This document shows, one piece after another, positions 46,226 through 56,146 of a stretch of DNA of 64,000 nt; the first letter of the stretch is position 1, and every line of letters begins with the position of its first letter. The notes beneath the pieces are model-generated. The model saw nothing but the letters and a program-made list of their open reading frames with translations. It was not told the DNA's origin and made no database searches. This DNA is from Lysobacterales bacterium (GTDB lineage: Bacteria; Pseudomonadota; Gammaproteobacteria; Xanthomonadales; SZUA-5): positions 11,294-75,293 of the forward strand of contig JALHMH010000008.1 of NCBI GenBank assembly GCA_022844165.1, written 5' to 3'. The translations under genes were made by a program, and so were the position numbers.

Positions 46226-46624
46226 TCAGTCTCTTGCCAGACCGAGATAGCGCTCGATCGCGCGTAGACTTCCGCCCAACTGGGTTCTAAGCAGAAACCA
46301 CCCGAGCAGCATACCGATGCCATTGGCCAGGAGGTCTGCGATCTCGGCATGCCGGTGCGGAGTTTGCGCCTGCAGGGCTTCGATCCCTATGCCATAGCCC
46401 AACAGCATGCCGAATGCTCGCGGTAAGGTGGTCAGCTGGCCGAAGTAACACGCCAGGACGATATAGGCGAGCGCATGGTTGAGTTTGTCGATATTCGGCA
46501 CCTCGATTGCCGGGCCCTGGAGCGAGACCAGCGACAAGGTCGCAATGGCCGCCAGCAGCGCGATGCCCAGACCCCACCAGAACCCGCGCCATCGTAGTTC
46601 TACCATTGCCATTTCATGCTTCAC
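46226..46624 (-). CDS. VanZ family membrane protein
   Basis: DKLNHALAY, IEALQ, R-x5-DLLAN; start uncertain (46624 or 46612). Confidence 0.85.
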   Translation of the reverse strand: MKHEMAMVELRWRGFWWGLGIALLAAIATLSLVSLQGPAIEVPNIDKLNHALAYIVLACYFGQLTTLPRAFGMLLGYGIGIEALQAQTPHRHAEIADLLANGIGMLLGWFLLRTQLGGSLRAIERYLGLARD

Positions 46625-46662
46625 GTTTCAGCATCCACCTATCTTTGCAACAGCGCGCGATC

Positions 46663-48033
46663 ATGTCTTATTTCCAGCATTTCAATGCCAGTGATATCGA
46701 GCGCGAATACCCGCGTGGGCAGGCATTCATCGACAAGTTTTCGCGCATCAGTCGCGACGCGTTGTGGCACGAGCAGAATGATCGCTTCAAGCGCTTGCTG
46801 GGGCGGGCGTGGAGAATGGCGTTTTACCGACGCCTTTGGGGCGCTGCGGGCATCGAGCCGGGCGATATTCGCTCGCTGGAGGACATCATCAAGTTGCCGA
46901 CCTTCGGCAAACACGAGTTGATGGCCTCGATTGCGCTTCATCCGCCACTCGGCGACTTTCACGGGCGCGACAGTTTCCCGTCAGACCCGCCGCCGATGGT
47001 CATGCACACCACCAGTGGCACCACCGGCACACCGCAGCCGCTGTTTTTCGGTCCTCGCGGGCGCGAAACGCAGAATCTGCTGCTGGCGCGAGCGTACCTT
47101 CTCCAAGGCCTGACAGCGAGCGATGTTGTGCATTCGGTTTACGGCCATGGGCTGATCAATGGCGGTCACTTCGTCCGCGAAAGTGTGTTGCACTGGACGT
47201 CCGCTCTTTTCCTGTCTGCAGGTACCGGCATCGAGACGCGTTCGGCGCGCCAGGTAGAGTTGATGCGCGACTTCGGCGCAACCGTGATCGTCGGTTTTGC
47301 CGACTACATCAAGAAGCTTGCTGAAGTCGCCCGAGAGGCCGGGATCGAACCTGGCCGCGATATTCGCATTCGCATGATCAGCGGCCATCTCGGTCGCGAG
47401 TCGCGCGAACACATGAGTCAGCTCTGGGGTGGCGCGCAGCTCTACGATTGGTATGGTGTGGGCGATACCGGCACGATTGCCGCCGAAGGCCGCGATCAAA
47501 ACGGATTGTATTTAATGGAAGACGCACAGTTCGTCGAAGTCCTTGACCTGGATACCGGCGCTCGAGTCGACGATGGGCAGCCGGGCGATCTGGTGGTGAC
47601 GACGCTCTACAAGGACGACATCTATCCGCTGATCCGTTTCAATACCCACGATGTCACACTGATCGAAACGACGCCGTCGGATTTGGGCTTGAACCTCAGG
47701 CGAATGCGCGGCTTCCTGGGCCGCAGCGACAACATGGTGAAGCTGCGCGGCATCAACGTGTTTCCGCAAGCGGTCGGGCCGATCCTGGATGGATTGCCGG
47801 GATTTGCGGGCGAGTTTTTGTGCATGGTCGAGCGTCTCGGCGCGCGCGAGGAAATGACGGTACTGGTCGAGACTCGGGACGCGAGCGATGCGCGATTGGC
47901 GGAGGCGGCAGATTTGTTGCGCGCACGCCTGGGTGTCGATGTGCTGGTTGGGTTTAAACGGCCCGGCGAACTGGCGACGCAGACGGGCATCGAAACACGG
48001 CAAAAGCCCATCCGGCTCATTGATCGTCGTTGA
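46663..48033 (+). CDS. Phenylacetate-CoA ligase (PaaK)-like AMP-forming ligase
   Basis: TTSGTTGTP, YDWYG, PLIRFNTHD, GRSDNMVKLRGINVFP. Confidence 0.85.
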   Translation: MSYFQHFNASDIEREYPRGQAFIDKFSRISRDALWHEQNDRFKRLLGRAWRMAFYRRLWGAAGIEPGDIRSLEDIIKLPTFGKHELMASIALHPPLGDFHGRDSFPSDPPPMVMHTTSGTTGTPQPLFFGPRGRETQNLLLARAYLLQGLTASDVVHSVYGHGLINGGHFVRESVLHWTSALFLSAGTGIETRSARQVELMRDFGATVIVGFADYIKKLAEVAREAGIEPGRDIRIRMISGHLGRESREHMSQLWGGAQLYDWYGVGDTGTIAAEGRDQNGLYLMEDAQFVEVLDLDTGARVDDGQPGDLVVTTLYKDDIYPLIRFNTHDVTLIETTPSDLGLNLRRMRGFLGRSDNMVKLRGINVFPQAVGPILDGLPGFAGEFLCMVERLGAREEMTVLVETRDASDARLAEAADLLRARLGVDVLVGFKRPGELATQTGIETRQKPIRLIDRR

Positions 48034-48130
48034 ATCGACGTGCCGATGGCATGCCCCGCTGCTGCCAATCCACTTGCGCTCTGTTCACAGATCCCCACTC
48101 AAACTTCATTGTCCAAAACAGGAATCCGTC

Positions 48131-48670
48131 ATGTCCAGAATTCTCTTCGCGCCGCTGTTACTGGCCGCATCGATGGCGAATGCTTCGTGCCCGCCGCTGC
48201 TCGATCACAGCTTCCGCCCGCTTGCCGGCAAAGAGCCCGTCAAGCTCTGTGAGCAGTTCGAAGGCAAAGTGCTGCTGGTGGTCAATACTGCGAGTCAATG
48301 CGGCTTTACGCCCCAGTATGAAGGCCTGGAGAAACTGCACAGCGAACTAAAGGACAAAGACTTCGCCGTGGTGGGTTTCCCGTCGAATGAGTTCGGCGGA
48401 CAAGAACCCGGCACGGAGGAAGAGATCAAAGAGTTCTGTACGCTGACCTATGGCGTCGCATTTCCGATGTTCGAAAAAGTACAAGTGAAGGGTGACAACG
48501 CCACGCCATTTTATCGGGCCCTGGCCAAGGCCGGCGGTGGCGAACCGCAATGGAACTTCCACAAGTATCTGATCGACAAGAACGGCAATGTAATTGCTGG
48601 TTATGGCAGTCGCGTCAAACCCGACGCGCCGGAGCTCCGCGCAGCAATCGACTCCGCACTGAGCGACTGA
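48131..48670 (+). CDS. Cys-type glutathione peroxidase with signal peptide
   Basis: GKVLLVVNTASQCGFTPQY, GFPSNEFGGQEP, WNFHKYLID. Confidence 0.92.
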   Translation: MSRILFAPLLLAASMANASCPPLLDHSFRPLAGKEPVKLCEQFEGKVLLVVNTASQCGFTPQYEGLEKLHSELKDKDFAVVGFPSNEFGGQEPGTEEEIKEFCTLTYGVAFPMFEKVQVKGDNATPFYRALAKAGGGEPQWNFHKYLIDKNGNVIAGYGSRVKPDAPELRAAIDSALSD

Positions 48671-48908
48671 TCTACTGTTTTGAGTGCGTCAACGGTCGCT
48701 GCCGCGCCTGCTCACGGCGACCATTCGCGCACTTTGGCATGATGGTGCCACTCAGCTCCGGGCTGCAGGGCACTTGCAACGATCAATGTTGTGCGGCCAT
48801 GGTTGTTGCGCAAGGCCGCGTCATGCCGAAGCCCTGCATCACCTCCCCGAATGTCGGGGAGCTGTCATAGCAAAACCAAAGCGATTTACAGCGATCGCGG
48901 GAGAATCC

Positions 48909-50120
48909 ATGCAAGCCTTCTATCGCGAGCAGTTCGTGATCCCAGGAAATGGCGACTGGGCGTATTTTTGCGGTAACTCGCTCGGCCTGATGCCACGTTC
49001 CGTGCCGCATGCGGTCCAACGGGTCACCGAACAATGGGCAACGTTGGCGGTCGAGGCGCATTTCACCGATCGCGACGCCTGGATGCCGTACCACAATTTG
49101 GTGCGCGATCAACTGGCCCGTCTGGCTGGCGCAAAGCCGATCGAAGTTGTTGCGATGAATACGTTGACCACTAATCTGCATCTGATGATGGCCAGCTTCT
49201 ATCGGCCTCGTGGCGAACGCCGGGCAATCCTGATCGAAGCGCGCGCTTTCCCATCGGATCGTCATGCAGTCGCCTCGCAAATCAATTTGCACGGTGGCAG
49301 CGTCGACGACGATCTGATCGAGTTAGCGCCGCTGCCCGGTCACGAGACCATCGCGCCAGAGCAAATCGCCGCTGCCATTGCGGCCATCGGTGAACGTCTG
49401 GCTTTGGTGCTTTGGCCGGGCGTGCAGTACGTCACGGGTCAACGTTTTGATCTGGCAGCCATCACCCATGCCGCTCATGCCGTCGGCGCTGTGGCCGGGT
49501 TCGACCTGGCCCACGCCATTGGCAACGTGCCCGTCGACTTGCACGCGTCCGATGCAGATTTTGCGGTGTGGTGCAGCTACAAGTATTTGAACGCCGGACC
49601 GGGGTCGATCGCCGGATGTTTTGTTCACGAGCGTCATGCCGATCGCGGTTTGCCGCGAATGGCCGGATGGTGGGGCCACGATCCGGCAACGCGATTCCAA
49701 ATGGGGCCCGAGTTCCGGCCAACGCCAGGGGCCGATGGATGGCAGCTCTCCAACCCCTCAATCTTCGCATTGGCGCCGCTGCGTGCTTCGTTGGAGCTAT
49801 TCGACGCTGTTGGGATGGCTGCCCTGCGCGATCGCTCAATGCAAATGACCGGGTTTCTGGCGGCTGCAATCGATGCCGAGATGTCCCGGTATCTCGACAT
49901 CCTCACGCCACGCGATCCGCAGCAACGCGGCTGCCAAATCTCACTGCGCGTTCGAGCCGGGCGCGAATCGGGCCGCCGATTGCACGATGCGTTGCATGCT
50001 CGGGGCATCATTGGCGACTGGCGCGAACCCGATGTCATTCGCGTCGCGCCAGCGCCGCTCTATAACAACCAAAGCGATATCGAGCGATTGCTGTCCGGTT
50101 TGCGCGAGGAACTGCAATGA
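48909..50120 (+). CDS. kynU: Kynureninase
   Basis: YFCGNSLGLMP, FPSD, DLAHAIGN, WCSYKYLNAGPG, GWWGH, WQLSNP, GGGAGA RBS. Confidence 0.95.
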   Translation: MQAFYREQFVIPGNGDWAYFCGNSLGLMPRSVPHAVQRVTEQWATLAVEAHFTDRDAWMPYHNLVRDQLARLAGAKPIEVVAMNTLTTNLHLMMASFYRPRGERRAILIEARAFPSDRHAVASQINLHGGSVDDDLIELAPLPGHETIAPEQIAAAIAAIGERLALVLWPGVQYVTGQRFDLAAITHAAHAVGAVAGFDLAHAIGNVPVDLHASDADFAVWCSYKYLNAGPGSIAGCFVHERHADRGLPRMAGWWGHDPATRFQMGPEFRPTPGADGWQLSNPSIFALAPLRASLELFDAVGMAALRDRSMQMTGFLAAAIDAEMSRYLDILTPRDPQQRGCQISLRVRAGRESGRRLHDALHARGIIGDWREPDVIRVAPAPLYNNQSDIERLLSGLREELQ

Positions 50121-51457
50121 GCGCACCTGTTGTGATCGCCGGGGCAGGGCTCGCTGGCGCTTTGCTGGCAGCGCAACTGGCGTTGCGTGGGCATCGGGTT
50201 GCTGTGTACGAAAAGCGCGCAGACAGCCGCCGGGAAGAGGTTGCCGCCGGACGCTCGATTAACCTGGCGCTCGCCGAGCGGGGCTGGGAGGGATTGCGTC
50301 GCGCAAATGCGGTGGATGCCGTGATGCAATTCGCCTTGCCGATGCGCGGACGCATGGTCCATGACCGGCACGGACGTTTGTCTCTGCAACCGTATGGCGT
50401 TCGCAGCGATGAGGTCATTTATTCGGTACATCGCGGCCATCTCAACCAATGTCTGCTGGATGTGGCACAAGACGCCGGGGCCGAACTGCATTTCGACGCA
50501 CCGCTGACACGAGTCGACTTTGCAGCGCGACGAGCTCAGTTTGCGCAGGCCGAGGTGCCTTTTGAAGTGCTGATCGGTGCTGACGGCGCCGGCTCGGTGG
50601 TCCGTGCGTCGATGAGCGCCGCAGCGCCGCTGGGCGACTACACGGACTTTCTCGATCACGGTTATAAAGAACTCCGCATCCCCGATCGGGACGGAGCCTT
50701 TGCGCTCGATCCGGAAGCGCTGCATATCTGGCCGCGCGGTGGTTACATGTTGATCGCGCTGCCCAATCCAGATCGCAGTTTCACCGCCACGCTGTTTCTG
50801 GCCAATCGGTCCGAGAATGGGGAGGCGAGCTTTGCAGCGCTGTCGGATGCAAACGCGGCCCAGCGGTTCTTTGCCGCACAATTCGCGGACGTATTGGGAT
50901 CGATTCCCGATTTTGATCGCCAGTGGACGGACCACCCGGTTGGCATTCTGGGAACCTTGCATTGTCCACGATGGCACCACGGCGATCGCGCGCTACTGAT
51001 TGGCGACGCTGCCCACGCGATAGTGCCATTCCATGGTCAGGGTATGAACTGTGCGTTCGAAGATTGCGTTTCGTTGATCGACGGCATAGGCCACCACACG
51101 CCTGGTAGCGCGATCGATTGGTCGGCAGTATTCGATCGATTCGATGCGGATCGTCGCCAGCACTGCGAGGCGATCGCAGCTATGGCCCTGGAAAACTACA
51201 TCGAAATGCGCGACTCGGTCGCCGATCCTGCGTATCAGCTACGTCGCGCATTGGAACTGGAGCTGGCCCGTCGCCTGCCGGAATTTCGCCCTCGCTACGC
51301 TCAAGTCATGTTCACCAACATTCCCTACGCTCAAGCGCGTCAGAATGGCCGCGCCCAGGCAGAACTGATGAAGCGGCTGACCGAGGGCAAAACTCAGTTA
51401 AGCGAAATCGACATCGACGCTGCTACGGCTGCAGCTTTGCGCCTGCGCTCCGGCTAA
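50117..51457 (+). CDS. kmo: Kynurenine 3-monooxygenase
   Basis: GAGLAG, GRSINLALAERG, HGYKEL, LHIWPRG, GDAAHAIVPFHGQGMNCAFED, NYIEMRD; ATGA overlap. Confidence 0.95.
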   Translation: MSAPVVIAGAGLAGALLAAQLALRGHRVAVYEKRADSRREEVAAGRSINLALAERGWEGLRRANAVDAVMQFALPMRGRMVHDRHGRLSLQPYGVRSDEVIYSVHRGHLNQCLLDVAQDAGAELHFDAPLTRVDFAARRAQFAQAEVPFEVLIGADGAGSVVRASMSAAAPLGDYTDFLDHGYKELRIPDRDGAFALDPEALHIWPRGGYMLIALPNPDRSFTATLFLANRSENGEASFAALSDANAAQRFFAAQFADVLGSIPDFDRQWTDHPVGILGTLHCPRWHHGDRALLIGDAAHAIVPFHGQGMNCAFEDCVSLIDGIGHHTPGSAIDWSAVFDRFDADRRQHCEAIAAMALENYIEMRDSVADPAYQLRRALELELARRLPEFRPRYAQVMFTNIPYAQARQNGRAQAELMKRLTEGKTQLSEIDIDAATAAALRLRSG

Positions 51458-53852
51458 GCAACTCGTGCAAGGCAGCGCTGAGCTGTTCGATGCGAAAGGG
51501 TTTGCGCATGAACATTGTGACGTCGTCTTCGGCGCACAAGTCGGCTGCATGTTGTTTGGAATAGCCGCTGACGAACAGTACGGGCAGTGACGCCCGCACC
51601 TTGCGCAATTCGGCGGCGACAACTGAGCCGTCTTTGTCCGGCATCGTCATATCCACCACCGCAATATGAAAGCGATCGGGCTCATTCGCGAACGCAGCAA
51701 CCGCATCGTCGCCGACCAGGTAGGCACTCACGTTGTAGCCACACTGTTCCAACATCACGACAGTAATTGCCAAAACGTCCTCATCATCATCGACGGCCAG
51801 CACTTCGATCGACTCTGGACTGATTTGAATCGAAACTTGCTCTCGCTCGACCGAAGACGAAGGTGCTGGCGCATCGATCAACGGCAACAGCAGTTTGATT
51901 TCCGTCCCAATGCCCTCTTTTGTTGTCAGGCGGATCGAGCCGCCTGACTCACGGATGATGCCCTGCACGACCGAGAGCCCGAGCCCACGGCCGGTCGATT
52001 TGGTGGTAAAAAACGGCTCAAAAATCCGTCGGGCTGTCGCCTCATCCATTCCTGGGCCATCGTCTCGCACCGATACCTCGACATAGCGCTCCGCATCGGC
52101 AATGGGCCACTGCAGCGTGATCGGTCGTACGTCCTGAGATGTGACCGCTTGAGCGCGCAGCAACACGGTTCCGCCGCGTTCGCCGATAGCGTCAACGGCG
52201 TTTTGCACAAAGTTGAGGATCACTTGTTCCAGTTGCGTCTCATCGCCCAGGACCCAGAGCGCCTGTTCGTCGACTTGATAGCGCAGGCGCACGAAGCGTC
52301 CGGCGGATGCTTTGAGCAAGGGTTCCATGTCATCCAGCAACCTTGCTACATTCAGCGGAGAACGTCGTCCGGATGATTTGCCCGCATAGGCAAGCATACG
52401 TTCGGTCAGGCCCTCCATCCGCGCCATAACGCTCTCGACGGTATGTAGATACTGTCCCAGGGGCGACTCATGGTTCACTGCCGATAAAGCGAGATTCAAC
52501 TGCCCCAGGGCGGCCATCAGCATGTTATTGAGGTCGTGTGCGATGCCGCTGGCCATGACGCCGAGGCTTTCTGCCTTTTGCGCTTGATACACCTGACGCT
52601 GCAAGCTGTCGCGCTCAGCAAGTTGCCGATAATCGTCGGTTTTGTCTTGCAAAACGGCGAGGAAGGTTCCGTTCGTATCGGCGGCGTTCTGGCGCTCCAG
52701 TCGCATATGCGCGCGCAGCCATCGTTCGCTACCATCTGGCAATAAGATGGGATAGTCGATGGTGTCATGCTCGCCGCCACGCAGCAACGCAAAAATCCGA
52801 TCGCGCAATAGATCGCGATAGTTGGGTGCTACCAATGCGAGGAGTTCTTCGGTGCTCACGATGTGAGGATGGGCTTGCCCATAAAGTTCCGAGTACGCCC
52901 CAACCATCTCCGATCGCATTGATGAGCGGTCGACGCGCAACGCGCCGACGTGAGCATCGCGCAAGATCCGATCGAGCCATTGGTGGCGGTCGATCAAGGA
53001 CTGGCGTTCGTGTTGCACACCGCTGGCATTGGTGCCGACAAAAACAAAGTGCCGCTGGCGCTCACCCGGGGCCGTAAAGGTGCTTGCATCGACATTCAAC
53101 CAGCATTCTTCGCCCGATCGTCGGCGCATGCGCCAAGTCGTATTGAGCGCACCCTTGGCCAACAGTTGCCGTGCAAATTGCGCACGATATTCGATGCCCT
53201 CCGGGAAACATAAGTCGATGATATTCAGGCTCAGCGTCTCCGAAGGAGACGCTCCAACTGCGTGGCTGAACGCCTCGTTGGCCATGACCACCTGGCCCCT
53301 GGGATCGAGCATCCAAATGCAGGCGGTAGACGTATTCAAGAACGATTCGAGCCGAGCCGCAGCACGCTGCGACTCGTACTCTGCGGTGACATCACGAGAG
53401 ACGCCAATGACACGGGCGACCTTTCCATTCGGACCTCGCTGGACCACGGACGCCGATCGCAGCCATCGTATCTGGCCGTCGATATGAACCCGGAAGTCCA
53501 CAGTCGGCAGTACGCCATCTTCAGGGTTCGTCCAGCGCTCGCGCAACCACTGTCGGTCGTCGACGTGCACCGATTTGAGCCAGTCGTCGATTTTGACTGG
53601 CACTTCGATCGTCTGGGGAATGCCGAGCAGCCGCCGGTAACCGGGAGAGGCATGAAACTCGACGCCCGGACGCCAGCTAAAGAACTCCACATCAGCGACG
53701 TGCAGTAACAGGCGCAGCTGTTCGTTGTCGGCAGTCAGGTCATCGATCAGTCGCTTCCGCTCTTCAGCGAAAGCGCGCTCCCGATCGGCCAGAGCTGTCG
53801 TCAGCTGCTCGACTTGCGAGCGCAATTGGTTGATCAACTTCGACGCAGCCAA
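51423..53852 (-). CDS. Cytoplasmic multi-PAS hybrid sensor histidine kinase with receiver domain
   Basis: TTG start with AAGGAG RBS; three PAS/PAC segments; H-box GIAHDLNN, EPFFTTK, GRGLGL; receiver VDDD, DMTMP, KP. Confidence 0.92.
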   Translation of the reverse strand: MAASKLINQLRSQVEQLTTALADRERAFAEERKRLIDDLTADNEQLRLLLHVADVEFFSWRPGVEFHASPGYRRLLGIPQTIEVPVKIDDWLKSVHVDDRQWLRERWTNPEDGVLPTVDFRVHIDGQIRWLRSASVVQRGPNGKVARVIGVSRDVTAEYESQRAAARLESFLNTSTACIWMLDPRGQVVMANEAFSHAVGASPSETLSLNIIDLCFPEGIEYRAQFARQLLAKGALNTTWRMRRRSGEECWLNVDASTFTAPGERQRHFVFVGTNASGVQHERQSLIDRHQWLDRILRDAHVGALRVDRSSMRSEMVGAYSELYGQAHPHIVSTEELLALVAPNYRDLLRDRIFALLRGGEHDTIDYPILLPDGSERWLRAHMRLERQNAADTNGTFLAVLQDKTDDYRQLAERDSLQRQVYQAQKAESLGVMASGIAHDLNNMLMAALGQLNLALSAVNHESPLGQYLHTVESVMARMEGLTERMLAYAGKSSGRRSPLNVARLLDDMEPLLKASAGRFVRLRYQVDEQALWVLGDETQLEQVILNFVQNAVDAIGERGGTVLLRAQAVTSQDVRPITLQWPIADAERYVEVSVRDDGPGMDEATARRIFEPFFTTKSTGRGLGLSVVQGIIRESGGSIRLTTKEGIGTEIKLLLPLIDAPAPSSSVEREQVSIQISPESIEVLAVDDDEDVLAITVVMLEQCGYNVSAYLVGDDAVAAFANEPDRFHIAVVDMTMPDKDGSVVAAELRKVRASLPVLFVSGYSKQHAADLCAEDDVTMFMRKPFRIEQLSAALHELLSRSAGAKLQP

Positions 53853-54418
53853 AACTGCATCTCCTTGGCGCTTTCTTGCGCCTCTCCTAGTTCACGCCAG
53901 GAAAATTGTGCCTTCATCGCTGGCACAGGATGATAGCCCCGCGAATGCCAGAACGTGTCCAGCGAACGCGCCAATGCGGGGCGCCGCGGATCGGCCGGAT
54001 GACGAACCACTGCGCAGAATGCCGTGATCGGATAACCCAACTCTTTTGCGCAGCGCTCGCGTTCATCGAAAAAACGATGCCCGATGCCACGGCCGCGCCA
54101 GGTGTCGAGCAACACCGACTCGCCAAAGTAAAACACCTGGTCGATCGCTACGCCGGCATGCTCGAAGGGCGCGCGACAGTGGTCCGGCTCGTCTTTGAGC
54201 GGCACGCCGGTGGCGCATCCCACCAGGTCAATGCCGTCGAATGCCAGGACAAATACCGCATCAGGCGATGCTGCATAGGTGCTCAGATAATTCTGCTCGT
54301 ACTGAGCATCGCCATCGTACAGGTACGGCCACTGTCGGAACACTTGCATACGCAACGTGGCGAGTTGTGGCAAGACCGATCTCGCTTCGTCGCCCGTAGC
54401 TGTACGGATGGAAATCAT
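53834..54418 (-). CDS. GNAT family N-acetyltransferase
   Basis: FRQWPYLYDG, YFGESVLL, RGRGIG, LDTFWHSRGY; ATGA overlap with the upstream gene. Confidence 0.88.
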   Translation of the reverse strand: MISIRTATGDEARSVLPQLATLRMQVFRQWPYLYDGDAQYEQNYLSTYAASPDAVFVLAFDGIDLVGCATGVPLKDEPDHCRAPFEHAGVAIDQVFYFGESVLLDTWRGRGIGHRFFDERERCAKELGYPITAFCAVVRHPADPRRPALARSLDTFWHSRGYHPVPAMKAQFSWRELGEAQESAKEMQFWLRRS

Positions 54419-55332
54419 CGCATCGCTCGCTCGCGGGCGAGCCACAATGTGGCCGGAAAGTCACCGAACAGGCCGTCGCACCCGGCGCCATAGGCGCGAA
54501 AGGCAGTCTCCTCCGGGTCAGCGCCCGGGGTCTCGTCGTCATCGCGAAAGGTCCACGCATGAATCGCCTGTCCTCGTTGATGCGCTGCCTCGATGAACTG
54601 TGCGCCGCCATCGAGCGCGGTTCTGGCGATGCCATACCCGTCGACGCCATCGACCAGTGCCAGTGGCAAGTCAGTGCAGAGCAACGTGGTTCGCAAACCA
54701 AGCATGCGCTTGACTTCGATCAGCGTCTTCAGGTCAAAACACTGCACCCACACCGGTGCATTCGCACCCCAGCCGAAAGCGGCAAGATCCTTCGCAAGCG
54801 AGTGCACCATCGACATCCCTTGCGCCGCGAAGTAGTCCGGGTGTTTAAGTTCAGGATAAACCAGGAGCGGGCGATCGCGGCGCCGGCGTTCCTGGTCCAG
54901 GAGCAGCAGCACGTCGGCAAAGCTCGGAATCCGATAAGCGCCGCTGCGCTCCATGGGGCGATCTGGGCGCGGCTGGATCGCCCGAAGTTGCGCTAACTCA
55001 CCGGCGGCAAAGTCGCTCACCCACCAGTCGTCGCGGCCTTCGTCATGGCGACAGCGAGCTGCGAACTCGGGGCGCTCCGCGATATCAGTCGAACGCCGCA
55101 GGGTCAAATCATGGCGCGCATGCAATATGCCATCGCCGCTCAACACCAGGTCGGGCTCGATCACATCGGCACCCTGCTCGATCGCCAGCGCATAACCCGG
55201 CAGCGTATGTTCCGGCACAAGGCCGCTCGCGCCGCGGTGCGCGATCACCCAGGGTTTTGCGAATGGTTGCCAGCGCTGCACAAGTGCTCTCGAATACCGA
55301 CAGTCGCCGAGACTAAGCCAGAAATGCGCCAC
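54415..55332 (-). CDS. Glycerophosphodiester phosphodiesterase (GlpQ/UgpQ family)
   Basis: IAHRGASG, PEHTL, IEPDLV, RHD, YPELKHP, WTFR, DGLFGDFP; start uncertain (GTG 55332 or 55281). Confidence 0.9.
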   Translation of the reverse strand: MAHFWLSLGDCRYSRALVQRWQPFAKPWVIAHRGASGLVPEHTLPGYALAIEQGADVIEPDLVLSGDGILHARHDLTLRRSTDIAERPEFAARCRHDEGRDDWWVSDFAAGELAQLRAIQPRPDRPMERSGAYRIPSFADVLLLLDQERRRRDRPLLVYPELKHPDYFAAQGMSMVHSLAKDLAAFGWGANAPVWVQCFDLKTLIEVKRMLGLRTTLLCTDLPLALVDGVDGYGIARTALDGGAQFIEAAHQRGQAIHAWTFRDDDETPGADPEETAFRAYGAGCDGLFGDFPATLWLARERAMR

Positions 55333-55365
55333 ATCGGCGGCTCGGCCACGCTAATTTGCAATCGC

Positions 55366-56016
55366 CTACGCAGAAGCGAGAAATGGTAACCAGTGTGCCA
55401 GCCAGGTTGCCGCTTCGGCACCTAGAAAATACACTGCATAAAAGAAGCCACCAAAGTAGACGGCACTGGCAATCAACCAAAAAACCGACATCGGCACCAT
55501 CCAGCCATCGCGCTCCAGGATGGCCACGGCACCAAACAAGCAGCCGAGCGCTGGAATCGTATTGTTGAACGGCAGGACCGGAACTGGAATCGCAAGCAGT
55601 ACACCGCCAGTGAGGATCAGTGCGCCGCATAAACGCTCGCCTGTGCGCCCGTCAACCCATCCTGTCAGGCGCTCGCGCGTCAGTTTCGCCAGCATACGAA
55701 TGACAAATTGGCATACGCCCAATAAGCGCTCCCAGGCTTTGCGCGAAGGTTTGATGGCGTAAATGCGGTCGGGCAACCATAACTTGGTTCGTCCTTGGTA
55801 CAACTGCCATCCCAGAGAGGCCAGTACCAGGCCACCCGCTGTGGACACTGGCCCCAGCGTCACCGGTGTCAAGAACGGCAAGGACAGCAGAACAGCCGAC
55901 AGTGCTAATGCAGATGTGCTCAAGCTCGCGAGCACTTCGCCCAGACTTAGGCTCTCGTGTTCAGCGCGTTCCACGCACTGCTCGAGTACACGAATCAAGG
56001 TTTGCCGATGTTCCAT
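55366..56016 (-). CDS. exoD: ExoD family (exopolysaccharide synthesis) membrane protein
   Basis: LWLPDRI, PVLPFNNTIPA, ERDG motifs. Confidence 0.85.
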   Translation of the reverse strand: MEHRQTLIRVLEQCVERAEHESLSLGEVLASLSTSALALSAVLLSLPFLTPVTLGPVSTAGGLVLASLGWQLYQGRTKLWLPDRIYAIKPSRKAWERLLGVCQFVIRMLAKLTRERLTGWVDGRTGERLCGALILTGGVLLAIPVPVLPFNNTIPALGCLFGAVAILERDGWMVPMSVFWLIASAVYFGGFFYAVYFLGAEAATWLAHWLPFLASA

Positions 56017-56146
56017 TGCGCAGGCGCCACCAATCAAGAAGCGCCGGAGAATAGACGTTCGCTGTGACCGGGGAGCGGTTCGAATCGCCAGCAGAAGGCC
56101 AAGTGCATAACGGAATCGCTGATCGACGCCGATAATTCAAGCGATC

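Noticed and set aside
48131-48670. Selenocysteine recoding in the glutathione peroxidase
   Set aside because: The active-site codon is TGC (Cys) and there is no in-frame TGA.
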